Below are positions 38,275-49,130 of a DNA stretch of 64,000 nucleotides, piece after piece. This DNA comes from an uncultured Acidobacteriota bacterium (lineage in GTDB: Bacteria > Acidobacteriota > UBA6911), in NCBI GenBank assembly GCA_963827655.1, contig CAWHCF010000044.1, positions 71,242 through 135,241 of the forward strand, given 5' to 3'. Every line of letters begins with the position of its first letter. Position 1 is the first letter of the stretch. Both the position numbers and the translations under genes were made by a program. Under the pieces are notes generated by a model. That model saw nothing but the letters and a program-made list of their open reading frames with translations. It was not told the origin of the DNA and did not search any database.

Positions 38275-38982
38275 ATGAAGGTTCTGGCAATTGTACCTGC
38301 GCGCGGCGGATCGAAAGGGATTCCGCGCAAGAATATCGCGCCCCTCATGGGAAAGCCGCTCCTGGCCTATACGGCCGAAGCGGCCCGGGCCGCCGGGCGT
38401 TTGACCCGGGCGCTTCTCTCAACTGAGGACGAAGAGATCGCTCGCGTAGGACGACAGTATGGTCTGGACGTGCCGTTTCTGCGGCCGCCGGAACTGGCGC
38501 GCGACGATACTCCGACGATCCCCGTATTACAGGACGTGGTTCGGAAGCTTGAAGCCGTGGGGGATCGTTACGATGCAATCTTCGTGCTCCAGCCGACCAA
38601 CCCGCTCCGGCGAGCGCAAGACATCGACGGCGCCATTGAGCTCCTGGAACGCACAGGCGCAGATTCAGTGATCTCGTTCGTTGATGTAGGGGAAAAGCAT
38701 CCGGCCCGAATGAAGATCGTTACTGCCGAGGGCAGGGTCATGAATCCGTCTTTCGCCGAGCAATTCGAGGGTCAGCCCAGGCAGGCTCTCTCGAAGCTTT
38801 ATCTGCGCGAGGGCTCGATCTACCTTACCCGCAGGTCCGTACTCATGGATCAAAGCTCGATTCAGGGATGCGACTGCCGGGCCTGGCTCATCCCCGAGGA
38901 ACGAGCGTGCAACATTGATAACCCGTTTGACCTTTTTCTGGCTGAACAGATCATGAGGTACCATGCCGTCCAAGCGACCTAG
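38275..38982 (+). CDS. neuA: N-acylneuraminate (CMP-nonulosonate) cytidylyltransferase
   Basis: MKVLAIVPARGGSKGIPRKNI (CTP_transf_3 P-loop) and the conserved FVLQPTNPLR block. Start at 38275 preferred over 38254. Confidence 0.85.
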   Translation: MKVLAIVPARGGSKGIPRKNIAPLMGKPLLAYTAEAARAAGRLTRALLSTEDEEIARVGRQYGLDVPFLRPPELARDDTPTIPVLQDVVRKLEAVGDRYDAIFVLQPTNPLRRAQDIDGAIELLERTGADSVISFVDVGEKHPARMKIVTAEGRVMNPSFAEQFEGQPRQALSKLYLREGSIYLTRRSVLMDQSSIQGCDCRAWLIPEERACNIDNPFDLFLAEQIMRYHAVQAT

Positions 38983-39958
38983 AATCCTCGTCGCAGAATC
39001 GAGCGGATTCTGTCCGAGGGCGGCAGAACTGCTGCGCGAGGCCGGTGACCTGACCCTGGCCGACCTCGACCGCAACGGTCTCCTGGCGGCTGTCCGCGAC
39101 ATCGATATTCTGTGGGTCCGCCTTCGGCATCGGATCGACCGCCAGCTTCTCGACGCGGCGCCCGAGCTGAAGATTATTGCGACGCCCACAACCGGCCTCA
39201 ATCACATAGATCTGAACGAGAGCAGCGACCGCGGCATCCAGGTCCTGTCTCTTTCGGGAGAGACCGCCTTTTTGAACGACATCCGCGGCACTGCCGAGCA
39301 CACCCTTGCGTTGATGCTTGGCCTGATCCGTCACCTCCCGGCAGCCGCGACCCACGCCCGATTCGGCGGCTGGAATCGAGATCGGTTCAAGGGCCGCGAA
39401 TTGCATGGCAAGACAGTTGGAGTCGTCGGTTATGGCCGGCTCGGGCGTATCGTGAGCCGATACTTGAGAGCGTTTGATACGGTCGTCCTGACCGCGGACC
39501 CGGATATCACCCCGGCATCGGTCGAGCCGCCGGTCATGCTGGTTCCGCTCGCCCGATTGCTTGGCGAATCGAACCTGGTGACACTGCACGTGAACCTCTC
39601 GGAGAAGACACGCGGGTTCTTCGGGCGCGAGCAATTCTCGGCCATGAAAGAGGGCGCCTGGTTTATCAATACCTCCCGCGGAGAATTGGTCGATGAGACG
39701 GCGCTGCTCGATGCCCTGAAATCGGGGCATCTGGCCGGGGCCGCCCTGGATGTGATTTCCGGCGAGGGTTCGGAGCGGATGGAGAATCATCCAGTCGTGG
39801 CCTATGCCCTTGAACACGAGAACCTCATCCTGACGCCGCATATTGGCGGCTGCACCGAAGAGTCGATGGCGCAGACCGAAGTGTTCCTGGCAGAAAAAGT
39901 CCTGATGTTTTCAAAATCCTTCGCCTTTGCTTGGCGACTTCGACACGACGCCCCATAG
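38963..39958 (+). CDS. D-isomer-specific 2-hydroxyacid dehydrogenase family protein (NAD-binding)
   Basis: GKTVGVVGYGRLGRIVSRYL (Rossmann GxGxxG) and the catalytic-domain pattern ...NTSRGELVDETALLDAL ... AALDVI ... LTPHIGG. Overlaps the neuA stop. Confidence 0.8.
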   Translation: MPSKRPRILVAESSGFCPRAAELLREAGDLTLADLDRNGLLAAVRDIDILWVRLRHRIDRQLLDAAPELKIIATPTTGLNHIDLNESSDRGIQVLSLSGETAFLNDIRGTAEHTLALMLGLIRHLPAAATHARFGGWNRDRFKGRELHGKTVGVVGYGRLGRIVSRYLRAFDTVVLTADPDITPASVEPPVMLVPLARLLGESNLVTLHVNLSEKTRGFFGREQFSAMKEGAWFINTSRGELVDETALLDALKSGHLAGAALDVISGEGSERMENHPVVAYALEHENLILTPHIGGCTEESMAQTEVFLAEKVLMFSKSFAFAWRLRHDAP

Positions 39959-39993
39959 AAACGTGAAGTGATGAATCCCGGAGCTTCTCCCTT

Positions 39994-41462
39994 ATGAGTT
40001 TATCTTTGCAGACTGATTCTGACGCGGCTACTGCTGAAGTCGCGGCTGCCCGCGGCACCAACCCTAACCCCAGGGTCCTCGTTTCGATTCCCAGCGGTTT
40101 CCAACTGCGCCAGTTTGTTCACTCCGGCGTCCTCGATCTGCTGCTAAAGCGCGGTTTCCAGGCTCTGATCGTGAGCCCGAACGGGATCGGACGAGGGCTT
40201 TGCCGAGCAAGTTGATGAGCGCGGCGTCGAAGTCTGCGCGGTAAATCTTAATAATCAGGGACCGCTGAGCTGGCGCTACTGGCTGGCACGTCACCAGATA
40301 TTGCTGAATGGCCAACCAACCGAAACCATGCGCCAGGCAATGGTGGATTTCCGGAAGCGTCATTTCGGGCTCGCCCTTGACGGCCGATATCTGCAACGCC
40401 CTGATGCGCCTTTTTCCCGGATTGCGAAAAAAAGCTCTTCAATGGGAATACCTGCTTCTTCGGCGCGCAGACCTGGAAACCCTCCTGTCGACGAAGCCAG
40501 TCGACCTGATCCTTTTAGGAAGTCCGGGGTTCATGGAGCAGGACGCGCTCCTGCTGCATGCCGGCGTCCGGCGAGGAATTCCGGTGGCGGCCGCGATCAT
40601 GAGCTGGGACAATCTTTCCTCAAAAGGCCTGATTAACCCTCACCCGGATCGCCTCCTGGTCTGGAGCGATTACATGAAGCGCGAGGCGGTGGATCTTCAA
40701 GGATTTTCAGCGGAACGCGTGGTCGAGACCGGCGCGCCGCTCTACGATATCTTCGCCAACGCCCGCAGGTTTGGTACGCGCCGCGAGAATCTGGAGGGTC
40801 TCGGGCTCGATCCAGAACGGCGGTTGATTTTCTACGGCACCAATCACGCCGCGTTCTTTCCCGATGAGATCGAGGTGGTCAAGCGCGTGGCGCAATGGGT
40901 CGAAGAGGATAGCCTGGGAAAGCCTTGCCAGCTCGTAATCCGGCTTCATCCGCAGGCAATCACGGGTCCATACAAACTTCAAACCGACCCCTACCTCAGC
41001 CTGGCATCGAACCGGGTCAAGGTCGAGTTTCCACCGGTTCGCAATAGCAGCCTTCCCTGGGAGCTTCCGAAGAGCGATATCGAGCACCTCGTGAGGCTGT
41101 TACGGGACGCTGACGTGGTCATTAACACGGCTTCGACCATCTCGATAGATGCAGCGGTCCTCGACCGTCCGGTGGTCTGCGTCGCTTACGACCCGGCCGG
41201 CGATCTGCCCTACGAGAAGTCTGTGCGTCGTTATTACGACTTCACCCACATGGCGAACGTCGTTCGGGCCGGAGCAGCACAGCTCGCCAAATCGCCCGAA
41301 GGGCTGCGCGAAAAGATTGTTAACTATCTCGAAAAACCCGACTTGGATCGCCCTGGAAGGCAACGCATCGTCAAGCAGCAGTTCGGGCGCGTAGACGGGC
41401 TGAGCGCGGCGCGCCTGGTCGAGCAAGCCGCGGCATTGATCTCGAAGGGAAAAACGAAATGA
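39994..41462 (+). CDS. Uncharacterised two-Rossmann (GT-B-like) surface-carbohydrate biosynthesis protein; N-terminal 70 codons in a separate ORF (apparent frameshift near 40210-40310); candidate nonulosonate transferase
   Basis: ORF 39994..40215 (PRVLVSIPSGFQLRQFVHSGVLDLLLKRGFQALIVSPN) reads as the N-terminal Rossmann strand-helix of the product continued by ORF 40308..41462 (LILLGSPGF ... VAAAIMSWDNLSSKG ... RLHPQ ... ADVVINTASTISIDAAVLDRPVV). No confident family assignment from sequence alone. Confidence 0.4.
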
Positions 41463-42574
41463 AGGTGCTGGTAACGGGAGGAGCCGGGTTTATAGGTTCG
41501 CACCTCGTGGACGGGCTGCTTGAGCGCGGATACGACGTTCGGATTCTCGATGCCCTGGTTCCGCAAGTACACGGGACAGAAAGAAAGCGGCCGGCCTATC
41601 TCGATCCCCGGGCGGAGCTTCTGGTCGGCAGCATCGAGGATGCCGCTTCAGTATCGCAGGCCCTGCAGGGCGTCGAACGCGTGATACACCTGGCTTCCGC
41701 CGTCGGGGTCGGGCAATCGATGTACCAGATCGTCGACTATTGCAGAACCAACGTCATGGGCACTGCGACGTTGTTGCAGGCCATCGTCGATTCCAAGATA
41801 CCTCTCAAGAGCCTGGTAGTAGCGTCTTCAATGTCGGTCTACGGGGAGGGGCGGTATCGCGCCGGCGACGGGGAGCTCGTCAATCCGGAACTTCGCAGTG
41901 AGGCACAGCTGGCAGCAAGCGACTGGGAAATGCGCGACCAGGCCGGAAATGCGCTTCAGCCGGTTCCCACGGATGAAGCAAAACCGCTGGCGCCGGCATC
42001 GGTTTACGCGATCAACAAGAGGGATCAGGAAGAGATGTGCCTGAAAGTTGGCACGGCCTACGGCATCCCGACTACGGCCTTGCGTTTTTTTAATGTCTAT
42101 GGTTCCCGCCAGGCGCTCTCGAACCCCTACACTGGAGTGGCGGCAATTTTCTGCGCCCGGCTCCTGAACGATCGACCTCCGCTGGTATTCGAAGATGGTT
42201 TGCAAAGACGGGATTTCGTCCACGTGCAGGACGTCGCGCAAGCGATTATTTCGGCGGCCGAGAAACCTTTACCAGGCGAGGCCATCAATATCGGCTCGGG
42301 AACGGCGGTCTCGGTGATCGAGATCGCTGAGATGCTGTCGTCCGAAATGAAGAAAGATATCAGCTCCCGCATCCTTGGGAAGTACCGCAACGGCGATATC
42401 CGTCACTGCTTTGCGGATATTTCGAAGGCGCGGCAACTGTTAGGCTGGATCCCTTCCAGGGCGTTCCGCGACGGGATTCCGGAGCTGGTGGAATGGGTGC
42501 AATCGCAGCGGGATGCGCGCGACGGCGCTGAAAGCGCCTGGGGCGAATTGCAACAACGCGGGTTGTTGTCGTAA
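41459..42574 (+). CDS. NAD-dependent epimerase/dehydratase (extended SDR; nucleotide-sugar 4-epimerase/4,6-dehydratase-like)
   Basis: MKVLVTGGAGFIGSHLV (GxxGxxG) and the YAINK catalytic YxxxK. ATGA overlap with the upstream gene. Confidence 0.85.
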   Translation: MKVLVTGGAGFIGSHLVDGLLERGYDVRILDALVPQVHGTERKRPAYLDPRAELLVGSIEDAASVSQALQGVERVIHLASAVGVGQSMYQIVDYCRTNVMGTATLLQAIVDSKIPLKSLVVASSMSVYGEGRYRAGDGELVNPELRSEAQLAASDWEMRDQAGNALQPVPTDEAKPLAPASVYAINKRDQEEMCLKVGTAYGIPTTALRFFNVYGSRQALSNPYTGVAAIFCARLLNDRPPLVFEDGLQRRDFVHVQDVAQAIISAAEKPLPGEAINIGSGTAVSVIEIAEMLSSEMKKDISSRILGKYRNGDIRHCFADISKARQLLGWIPSRAFRDGIPELVEWVQSQRDARDGAESAWGELQQRGLLS

Positions 42575-42604
42575 GCAGTTTTTGGGCAAGAGAAAGGCCT
42601 GTTT

Positions 42605-43813
42605 GTGCTCACGGTGGTCTCAAAGAGTTTCGCTCCTCAGGTGTCAGGGACGTCTATTCTGTTGGCGAACCTTCTGTCGGGCTATCCAGGCACGCTGAGC
42701 GCAGTTGCTGGATCTAACCTGTATGGCAAATCCGATCCTTCGTTCCTGCCCCCCTGTCCAACGAAGTATCTTGCTTTGCCCCGGATTCTAGCCGGCGTGT
42801 ACGATCGCCTGAGAATAAAATCTCCAGCGACAACCTGCCGCGCCCTTCGACCATCCGTTCGAAGAGTGTTGAGAAAACTTGGCACAAGCGTCGTTTTCGG
42901 CGCGTACCCCTGCGATGACTACTTTGTGGCGACCTTTCTTGCCGCGCGCGATCTGGGCCTCCCTTTTTACGCCCATATGCACGATCTCTGGATAGAGAAC
43001 CTGACTCCCGGCTCGCCTCTAGCTCGCTTCGCCGAAAAATGGGAGCCCATCATAATCCGAGAGGCCCGGCGGGTGCTGTGCATGACCGAAGCCATGCAGA
43101 AGTACTACGAAAACAAGTACGGGATACGAACAGATCTGCTGCCTCACACTATTCGAGAACAGGACTATTTGAACGTCACTCCGAATGCGCCGCCGGCAAT
43201 GCCCGCACCGACAGTCCTGTTTGTCGGGGCGGTGAGCCCGCCGATGAACCTCGACGCGCTCAAGGTGCTGGCCGCCGCATCCGAGCTCCTGCCTTCGGGG
43301 TACGAACTGCTGTTTTGCACATCCATGGACCTTCAAGCTCTGAAACAACAAGGTATCCAATCGAGTCGTTTGCGGGCCCAGTATGTCTCTCGAGCGGAGG
43401 TGCAACGTCTTCAGTCCGGAGCCCATGTTCTGATTGCGCCTCTGTCCCACAAGAATGGTTCCATCGAGGAAGTTCGCACCGTTTTCTCCACCAAACTGTG
43501 CGAGTACCTGGTTTCGGGACGTCCCATTATTGTGTTTGCGCCGGAGGATTCGTACCACGCCGAATCCGCAAGAAAGAATGGCTGGGCTTACGTCGTCACG
43601 GAAGATTCACCTGCCGCGCTTGCGGAAGCCATCGTGAAAGTAGTGACGAAGGAAGACCTGGCCGCCGGCCTGGTTCGCGGAGCACTGCAAGAGGCTTACT
43701 CCAGGAGCGCAAGGCGGCATGCGGAGCGCCTGCATGAATGGGTTCTTGAAGACACTCGCACTGCATGGTCACTCGAAGGCCAGCGGTCGGGGAAACAATT
43801 GGTTGCTTCCTGA
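42605..43813 (+). CDS. GT-B glycosyltransferase (family 4/1-like)
   Basis: C-terminal domain with the E..STKLCEYLVSGRPIIVF motif (EX7E-type). GTG start. Confidence 0.7.
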   Translation: MLTVVSKSFAPQVSGTSILLANLLSGYPGTLSAVAGSNLYGKSDPSFLPPCPTKYLALPRILAGVYDRLRIKSPATTCRALRPSVRRVLRKLGTSVVFGAYPCDDYFVATFLAARDLGLPFYAHMHDLWIENLTPGSPLARFAEKWEPIIIREARRVLCMTEAMQKYYENKYGIRTDLLPHTIREQDYLNVTPNAPPAMPAPTVLFVGAVSPPMNLDALKVLAAASELLPSGYELLFCTSMDLQALKQQGIQSSRLRAQYVSRAEVQRLQSGAHVLIAPLSHKNGSIEEVRTVFSTKLCEYLVSGRPIIVFAPEDSYHAESARKNGWAYVVTEDSPAALAEAIVKVVTKEDLAAGLVRGALQEAYSRSARRHAERLHEWVLEDTRTAWSLEGQRSGKQLVAS

Positions 43814-43848
43814 AGTGGCAGGAAGTTTCCGGCACCGAGCAAGGCCAC

Positions 43849-45160
43849 ATGATACGCCCACAGAATAGATTCGCCGCCCCCAGGAACATGGCAGGAAGAG
43901 CCTGGTGGATTGCACCAACCAGAACGGCTTCAATTATCGGAAGTCCGGTGAGGATCGTTTCTGAAAAGAGCATTCCCACCAGCGTGCGCTGGCTTTTGCT
44001 GCTGTTCGTTTTCTCGATGCCGTTCGAGATGTATCCCTCGAGATTCACATCAGGCTCGCTCTCCCTGGCGAAAATTGCCGGCGCCTTGTTTATCGCCGTT
44101 TACCTTACCCACTACAACCCCTTCTCTCGGACTCGATCCCTCCCCCGTTTTCTCGGGCCATGTGGTGGTTCGCCGGATATCTCGCCGTTTTCGCACTGAA
44201 CGGCTTCTTTCTCGCGCCGGGATTGTTTGACAGTCTTTCTTTCGCGTTTTCTCACAATGGTGCAGCTGGTGGTCTTCTTCTGGATCGCTTCCGATCTGCT
44301 GAGAGACGAAGGCCTGGCAAGAAAAGCCTTTCAAACTTATGCGCTAGCCACATCTGCCGTGGCGCTCGGAATGCTTGTTGGTCTTACCGGATTATCCGTG
44401 ACATACAAGACCAACGTCGGAGCAAGAATGTCATCGATGGGGTTCAACCCGAATACCCTGTCGGTCATAATAGTTCTGGCTGTGCTTGATACTGATGGGT
44501 TTGTACCTCATCTCGCCTCCGCTGCGATTACAGGAAGGTCTGGCTCGTGGCCTTGGCCCTGCCTCTACTTCCGGCTCTTGTAAGCACCGGGCTCCCGCAA
44601 CGGAATCGTGATTTTCGTCTTAGGATTCCTGGTCTATCTGCTGCCCTCACGCCGCTATAGAGGCAAGCCGACGGTGCCGATCCTGGCCATGCTGGCGATA
44701 GCCGCCATCGTCTACTTCATTTCCCAGAATTCGACGACATTAACCCGCTTCCAGCAGACTTACGAAAGAGGGGACTTCTCGGGACGGCTGGGTATTTACA
44801 CCGAAGCAATCGAAATGATCTCCGAGCAACCCCTTTTCGGTTGGCGGCCCGTGGAGTTCTGGTATGAGTTTGGAAGACGTGTGTACGGGTTTTGGCGGAT
44901 AAGGGATGCTCACAACACCTTATCTGCATCTGTTGCTGGAAGTCGGCTTCGCCGGGGCTATTCCTTTCATGATTGGACTCTGGTTCTGCGCCCGCGCAGC
45001 GTGGAGAGGGCGCAACGGCACTTTTGGCCTTCTTCCTCTCGCGCTGGTGCTGGCGGTGCTCGCTGGCAGCATGTCAGGCACAGATATCGCGCGCAAGCAT
45101 CTATGGTTTGTCCTGGCAATTGCGGTGGCTACTGAACCCGTCGTTGCCAGGCGCCGGGCA
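43849..45160 (+). pseudogene. Wzy/O-antigen-ligase-like polymerase, fragmented into at least 4 ORFs (43765..44199, 44227..44583, 44608..45135, 44906..45265)
   Basis: Multi-TM pieces. The diagnostic Wzy_C block R.AHNTYLHLLLEVGFAGAIPF is split across two frames (...WRIRDAHNTLSAS in one, MLTTPYLHLLLEVGFAGA in the other). Confidence 0.6.
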
Positions 45161-45414
45161 ACCGAGTGGAGTCCCGCTAAAGCCCCGGCCTTGCGGACAT
45201 ACCCGGCGGGCACACTCCCGCAACACCCTCCCCATGTGCGGGATCGCGGGAAGCGTACATTTTGACCAGGAGTTTGCTCACGATTCAGAGTCGGCCGAAC
45301 CGGCTTCTTACGAGCGGCAGCAAGCTGCCGCAACACAAGTGACGCAACGCAACGGCTTGCGACACTCCAAAGCGGGCTCGCTTGCGCAGTGCTGTAGCAG
45401 CATCGTAGAGCCAA

Positions 45415-46873
45415 TTGCAACTGCTTCAAGAGATGATTTACGACTGGAAAATGGAGCTCTACTGGCGCCTGCCGGTTTACCTGCAGGAGGCAGGAATGAG
45501 CCTTTATGCAGGCCGCCTCGAGCGGCTCTACTACGGCCCCGGATTCGAAGAGTGGCGCCGGCAGTGCCAGAAGTGGCAGAACTGGTCCCGCACGGACGCG
45601 GAAACCTGGCAGAGCGACCAACTTCGTTCGGTCGTGGCACTCGCTGCGACTCGCGTCCCCTACTACCGCGAACAATGGAAGAACCTGGATTACAAATCGG
45701 TACGGTCGGCAGCCGACCTCCGCATCTTGCCGCGTTTGGACAAACAGTCGATACGTCTGAACGAGCAGGCATTCCTGGTCGAGGGACTGAATCCAAAATC
45801 GCTCTGGATGGAGAAGACCAGCGGCACCACCGGGACTTCTCTGCGAATTTACTGGCCTATGTCCATGCTGCCAAAGTTCTGGGCCGTGATGGAAGTGATG
45901 GTCCGAAATATCGCCGGCGTAGGACAGGATATTCCACGCGCCGTAATGGGGGGCCGGCCCATTGTTCGAGGCAGCGCCGGGCAACCCCCTTTCTGGCGCT
46001 TCAACCGCCGATGGCGGCAACTGTACCTGTCGAGCTATCACGTGTCTCCGGACACCGCCCAGGGCTACATCGGGGCCCTTCACCAATACGGTTCCCAATG
46101 GATGACCGGGTACGGCTCGGCCATTGCCGCCCTCGACAGAAAGCGCTCTGGGTGCGGCCATTCAACCTTTTCGACTTGGTAACGTGATTGTGAGCGGTGA
46201 CACGCTTCTTCCCGGGATGCGCCTCAGCATCGAACGCTTCTTTCAGTCGAAGTGTTTCGACCACTATGGGCAGTGCGAGGGAGTCGCCATGGCTATGGAG
46301 TGTCCCAACGGCCAAATGCATGTCATTCCTGCCATCGGCATCCTGGAGATTTTGCGAGAGGATGGCACGCCCTGTGTTGCCGGCGAGACCGGCGAAATGG
46401 TCGCCACCGGTCTTCTGAACGACGCGATGCCTCTGATTCGCTACCGGCTGGGAGATTATGCCGCCTGGGCCGAGACTCAGAACTGCGAGTGCGGCAATCC
46501 CCAACCCATCATCACGAATCTGGAAGGACGAGTGGATGATTATCTCGTCGCGCGCGATGGACGGAAAATCGGACGGCTGTCGACGGCGGTGAAACGAAGT
46601 CCCACGATCCATTCGGCCCAGATCGTGCAGGACGAACCAGGGCATGCGTTCCTGCTGGTGCGCCCGGGAGAAGGCTATCGGTCCGCAGATGCCGTTGCCG
46701 TTCGTGATGACATTCAGGAAAGGATTGGCGCGTTCTCCATCGAGATCGTGGAAGTTTCTGAAATTCCCAAGACGCGCCAGGGTAAGACTTCTCTGGTCGT
46801 GCGTCTTGCAGATCGGCCGGGAACACGGGAAATCTACGAGCCAAGTGCTCAACCGCGCGACGAGCGACGCCGG
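45415..46873 (+). CDS. Phenylacetate-CoA ligase-like (PaaK / coenzyme F390 synthetase / CapK family) adenylate-forming enzyme, with an apparent frameshift near 46130-46180
   Basis: EKTSGTTGTSLRIYW (AMP-binding P-loop) in ORF 45415..46182. The C-terminal half (GLLNDAMPLIRYRLGDYAAWAE...CECG ... EIPKTRQGK) is in ORF 46124..47356 in another frame. Confidence 0.7.
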
Positions 46874-48060
46874 ATGGTCCACGCCGTGCTAACGACCAAC
46901 CCGTCATCCCGTACAGCTGAGGCCCCGTCAAAGCGTCGATACCGTGTTCTGGTCTTTTCGGTAATTGCGCTGGTCTTCGGTACTTCGGTTTCCCTGCTCC
47001 TGGCAGAGTTTGCGGTTCGCCTTTTCAATCCTCAAACACTGACGTCGGACGTTGTCGAGTGGGATCCCGACGTCGACTACCGCTTGCGGCCGAACGCGCG
47101 GGGGCGGATGGTCTCGCCGGAATTCTCGGCAGAAATCCGCGTGAATTCTCTGGGATTTCGGGGTCCGGAAATCTCTCCGGTGAAGAAACCGGGGGTTCGC
47201 AGGGTTCTGTTCCTGGGCGATTCCTTCATGTTCGGGGCCGGACTCAAGGAGCACGAAACGCTACCCTATGCGGTCAGCCGCGAGTTGGAGCGGAGACACG
47301 CCGGCGATTTTGAGGCCATCAATGGCGGGCGTATACGGCTACCAAACCGCCAATGAGTTAGAATTCTTCACGAAGTTCGGAGTTCCACTCCACCCCGATA
47401 TTGTCGTGATTCTGGTCATGACCCACGACATGGTTCAGAACACAGACTGGTATGAGTGGACCGGCGACGGGCAGCTGAAGAGAAGACCCTTTACCAGCCA
47501 ATACACGCAAAGCCGGGCTATAACGCGTTATTTGCCCGGGGCTTCCTGGCTCCGAGAACATAGCCACCTGTTCAAATTCGTCGGCACGAGGGTTCTCCCA
47601 ACAGTCACTGCGGGCGAAAACCCTAAATCGGAACTCGCCGGTGGTTCCCCGCGAGCCAAGCCCGCAACCGGTCAAACACGACCAATTCTCGCCTGAGTTC
47701 TACCAGGAGGAGAGCGGGGCTTTTCGGGTTACCACCGAGTTGCTGGCCAGGCTTGTCGACGTCTGCAAGGAGAACGGCGCCAAGTGCATTCTCTTGACAC
47801 TTGGGGGGACAGCGGACGAAAACATGGCGGGAGGGCTTTCGCCCAGGGAAATGCTGCCGCACGAGCAGCTGATTGCAGCCGGATTCAAAGTGGGCTTTTC
47901 GGACGCCCTGGCCCTGCCTACGATTCTCGCCGGTTACAGGGGAAATGAAAATCTGTTCTTCCCGAAGGATCTCCATTGGACGGCGCACAGCGACGAGTTT
48001 CGTCGCTCCCGCGGTTGCGGACGCAATCCTCCGGGTCTCCGGTCAGGATCATCCATGAAC
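46874..48060 (+). pseudogene. SGNH-fold hydrolase/acyltransferase paralog 3 (paralog of 28457..29749), in frame with the upstream ligase and broken by at least 3 frameshifts
   Basis: RVLFLGDSFMFGAGL (block I) in ORF 46124..47356. The next frame has GVYGYQTANELEFFTKFGVPLHPDIVVILVMTHD (compare paralog 2 NFGVSGYDTQQEIEFFKAKGIKYRPDIVVVVYVMND). Then DLHWTAH and VAPAVADAILRVSG (DxxH block) lie in two further frames. Confidence 0.55.
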
Positions 48061-48064
48061 AGCG

Positions 48065-49104
48065 GTGCCTGTTGTTTCGATTGTTATCCCATGCCGGAAC
48101 GAGGCGGAGCATATCGGAACCTGTGTACGATCGCTCCTGGCGCAGGACTTCCCTGCCGCGCAGCTCGAGGTGATCGTCGCCGACGGCATGTCCGAGGATG
48201 GAACGCGCGACGTGGTAGGACGGCTCTCGCAGGAAGACGCGCGCGTCACGATGGTCGAAAACCAGGGCCGCATCGTCTCAACCGGCTTGAATGCCGCTAT
48301 TGGCGCAGCTCGCGGCCGGATCGTTATCCGCGCGGATGCGCATACCGAGTATGCTGCCTGACTATGTGAGCCAGTGCGTGGCTGTCCTCCGGGAGACCGG
48401 CGCCGACAACGTAGGCGGACCCTGGGTGGCTAAAGGGAAGGGTCTGATGGGTCGGGCGATTGCAGCCGCATTTCAGTCGAGCTTTGCCGTGGGCGGAGCT
48501 CGCGGGCACGACGCCAATTATGAAGGAAGCCTCGACACGGTCTATCTCGGATGCTGGCCTCGCGAGGTCTTCGACCGGATCGGTCTCTTTGACGAAGAAC
48601 TGGTCCGCAACCAGGACGATGAATTCAACCTGCGTCTGGCCAGGGCCGGGGGCAAGATCTGGCAATCACCCCGCATAAGGAGCTGGTACACCCCGCGCGG
48701 GTCGCTGGCAGAGCTGTTCCGCCAGCAGATGCAGTATGGATACTGGAAAGTCCGGGTCATCCAGAAGCACCGGATGCCCGCCTCAATCCGGCACCTGATT
48801 CCGGCGTTGTTTGTGATGTCGGTGTTCCTGCTTCCAGTCTTATTCCCCTGGTCGGCTCTTGCGGGTTGGACCTGGCTTGCATTGGCAGGAACTTATTCCG
48901 ATTTCTAACATTGCAGCTTCAACGATGGCGGCTGCGCGGCATGGGTGGGACCTCCTTCCTCTCCTTCCTCCCGTGTTCGCCTGCTACCATTTCGGCTATG
49001 GCTGGGGCTTCCTGCGGGGAATCTGGGATTTCGCGATTGTTCGGCGCGGACCCGGGTTCAGCCAGACCAAACTGACGCGTCGACTGCACACGTCCCGCGG
49101 GTGA
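48065..49104 (+). pseudogene. Family 2 glycosyltransferase with C-terminal TM/HxGYGWGF motif, split over three frames (48065..48361, 48291..48908, 48859..49104)
   Basis: VSIVIPCRNEAEHIGTCVRSLLAQDFPAAQLEVIVADGMSEDGT (GT2 N-terminus). Continues in ORF 48291..48908, then CYHFGYGWGFLRGIWDF. Breaks near 48355 and 48900. Confidence 0.6.
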
Positions 49105-49130
49105 TTCGCAAAAGATGGAAACTACACCAA

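Noticed and set aside
44973-46187. 404-aa + ORF overlapping the PaaK-like ligase
   Set aside because: Arg/Pro/Gly-rich translation typical of an off-frame reading of high-GC coding DNA. The ligase motifs (TSGTTG) are in a different frame.
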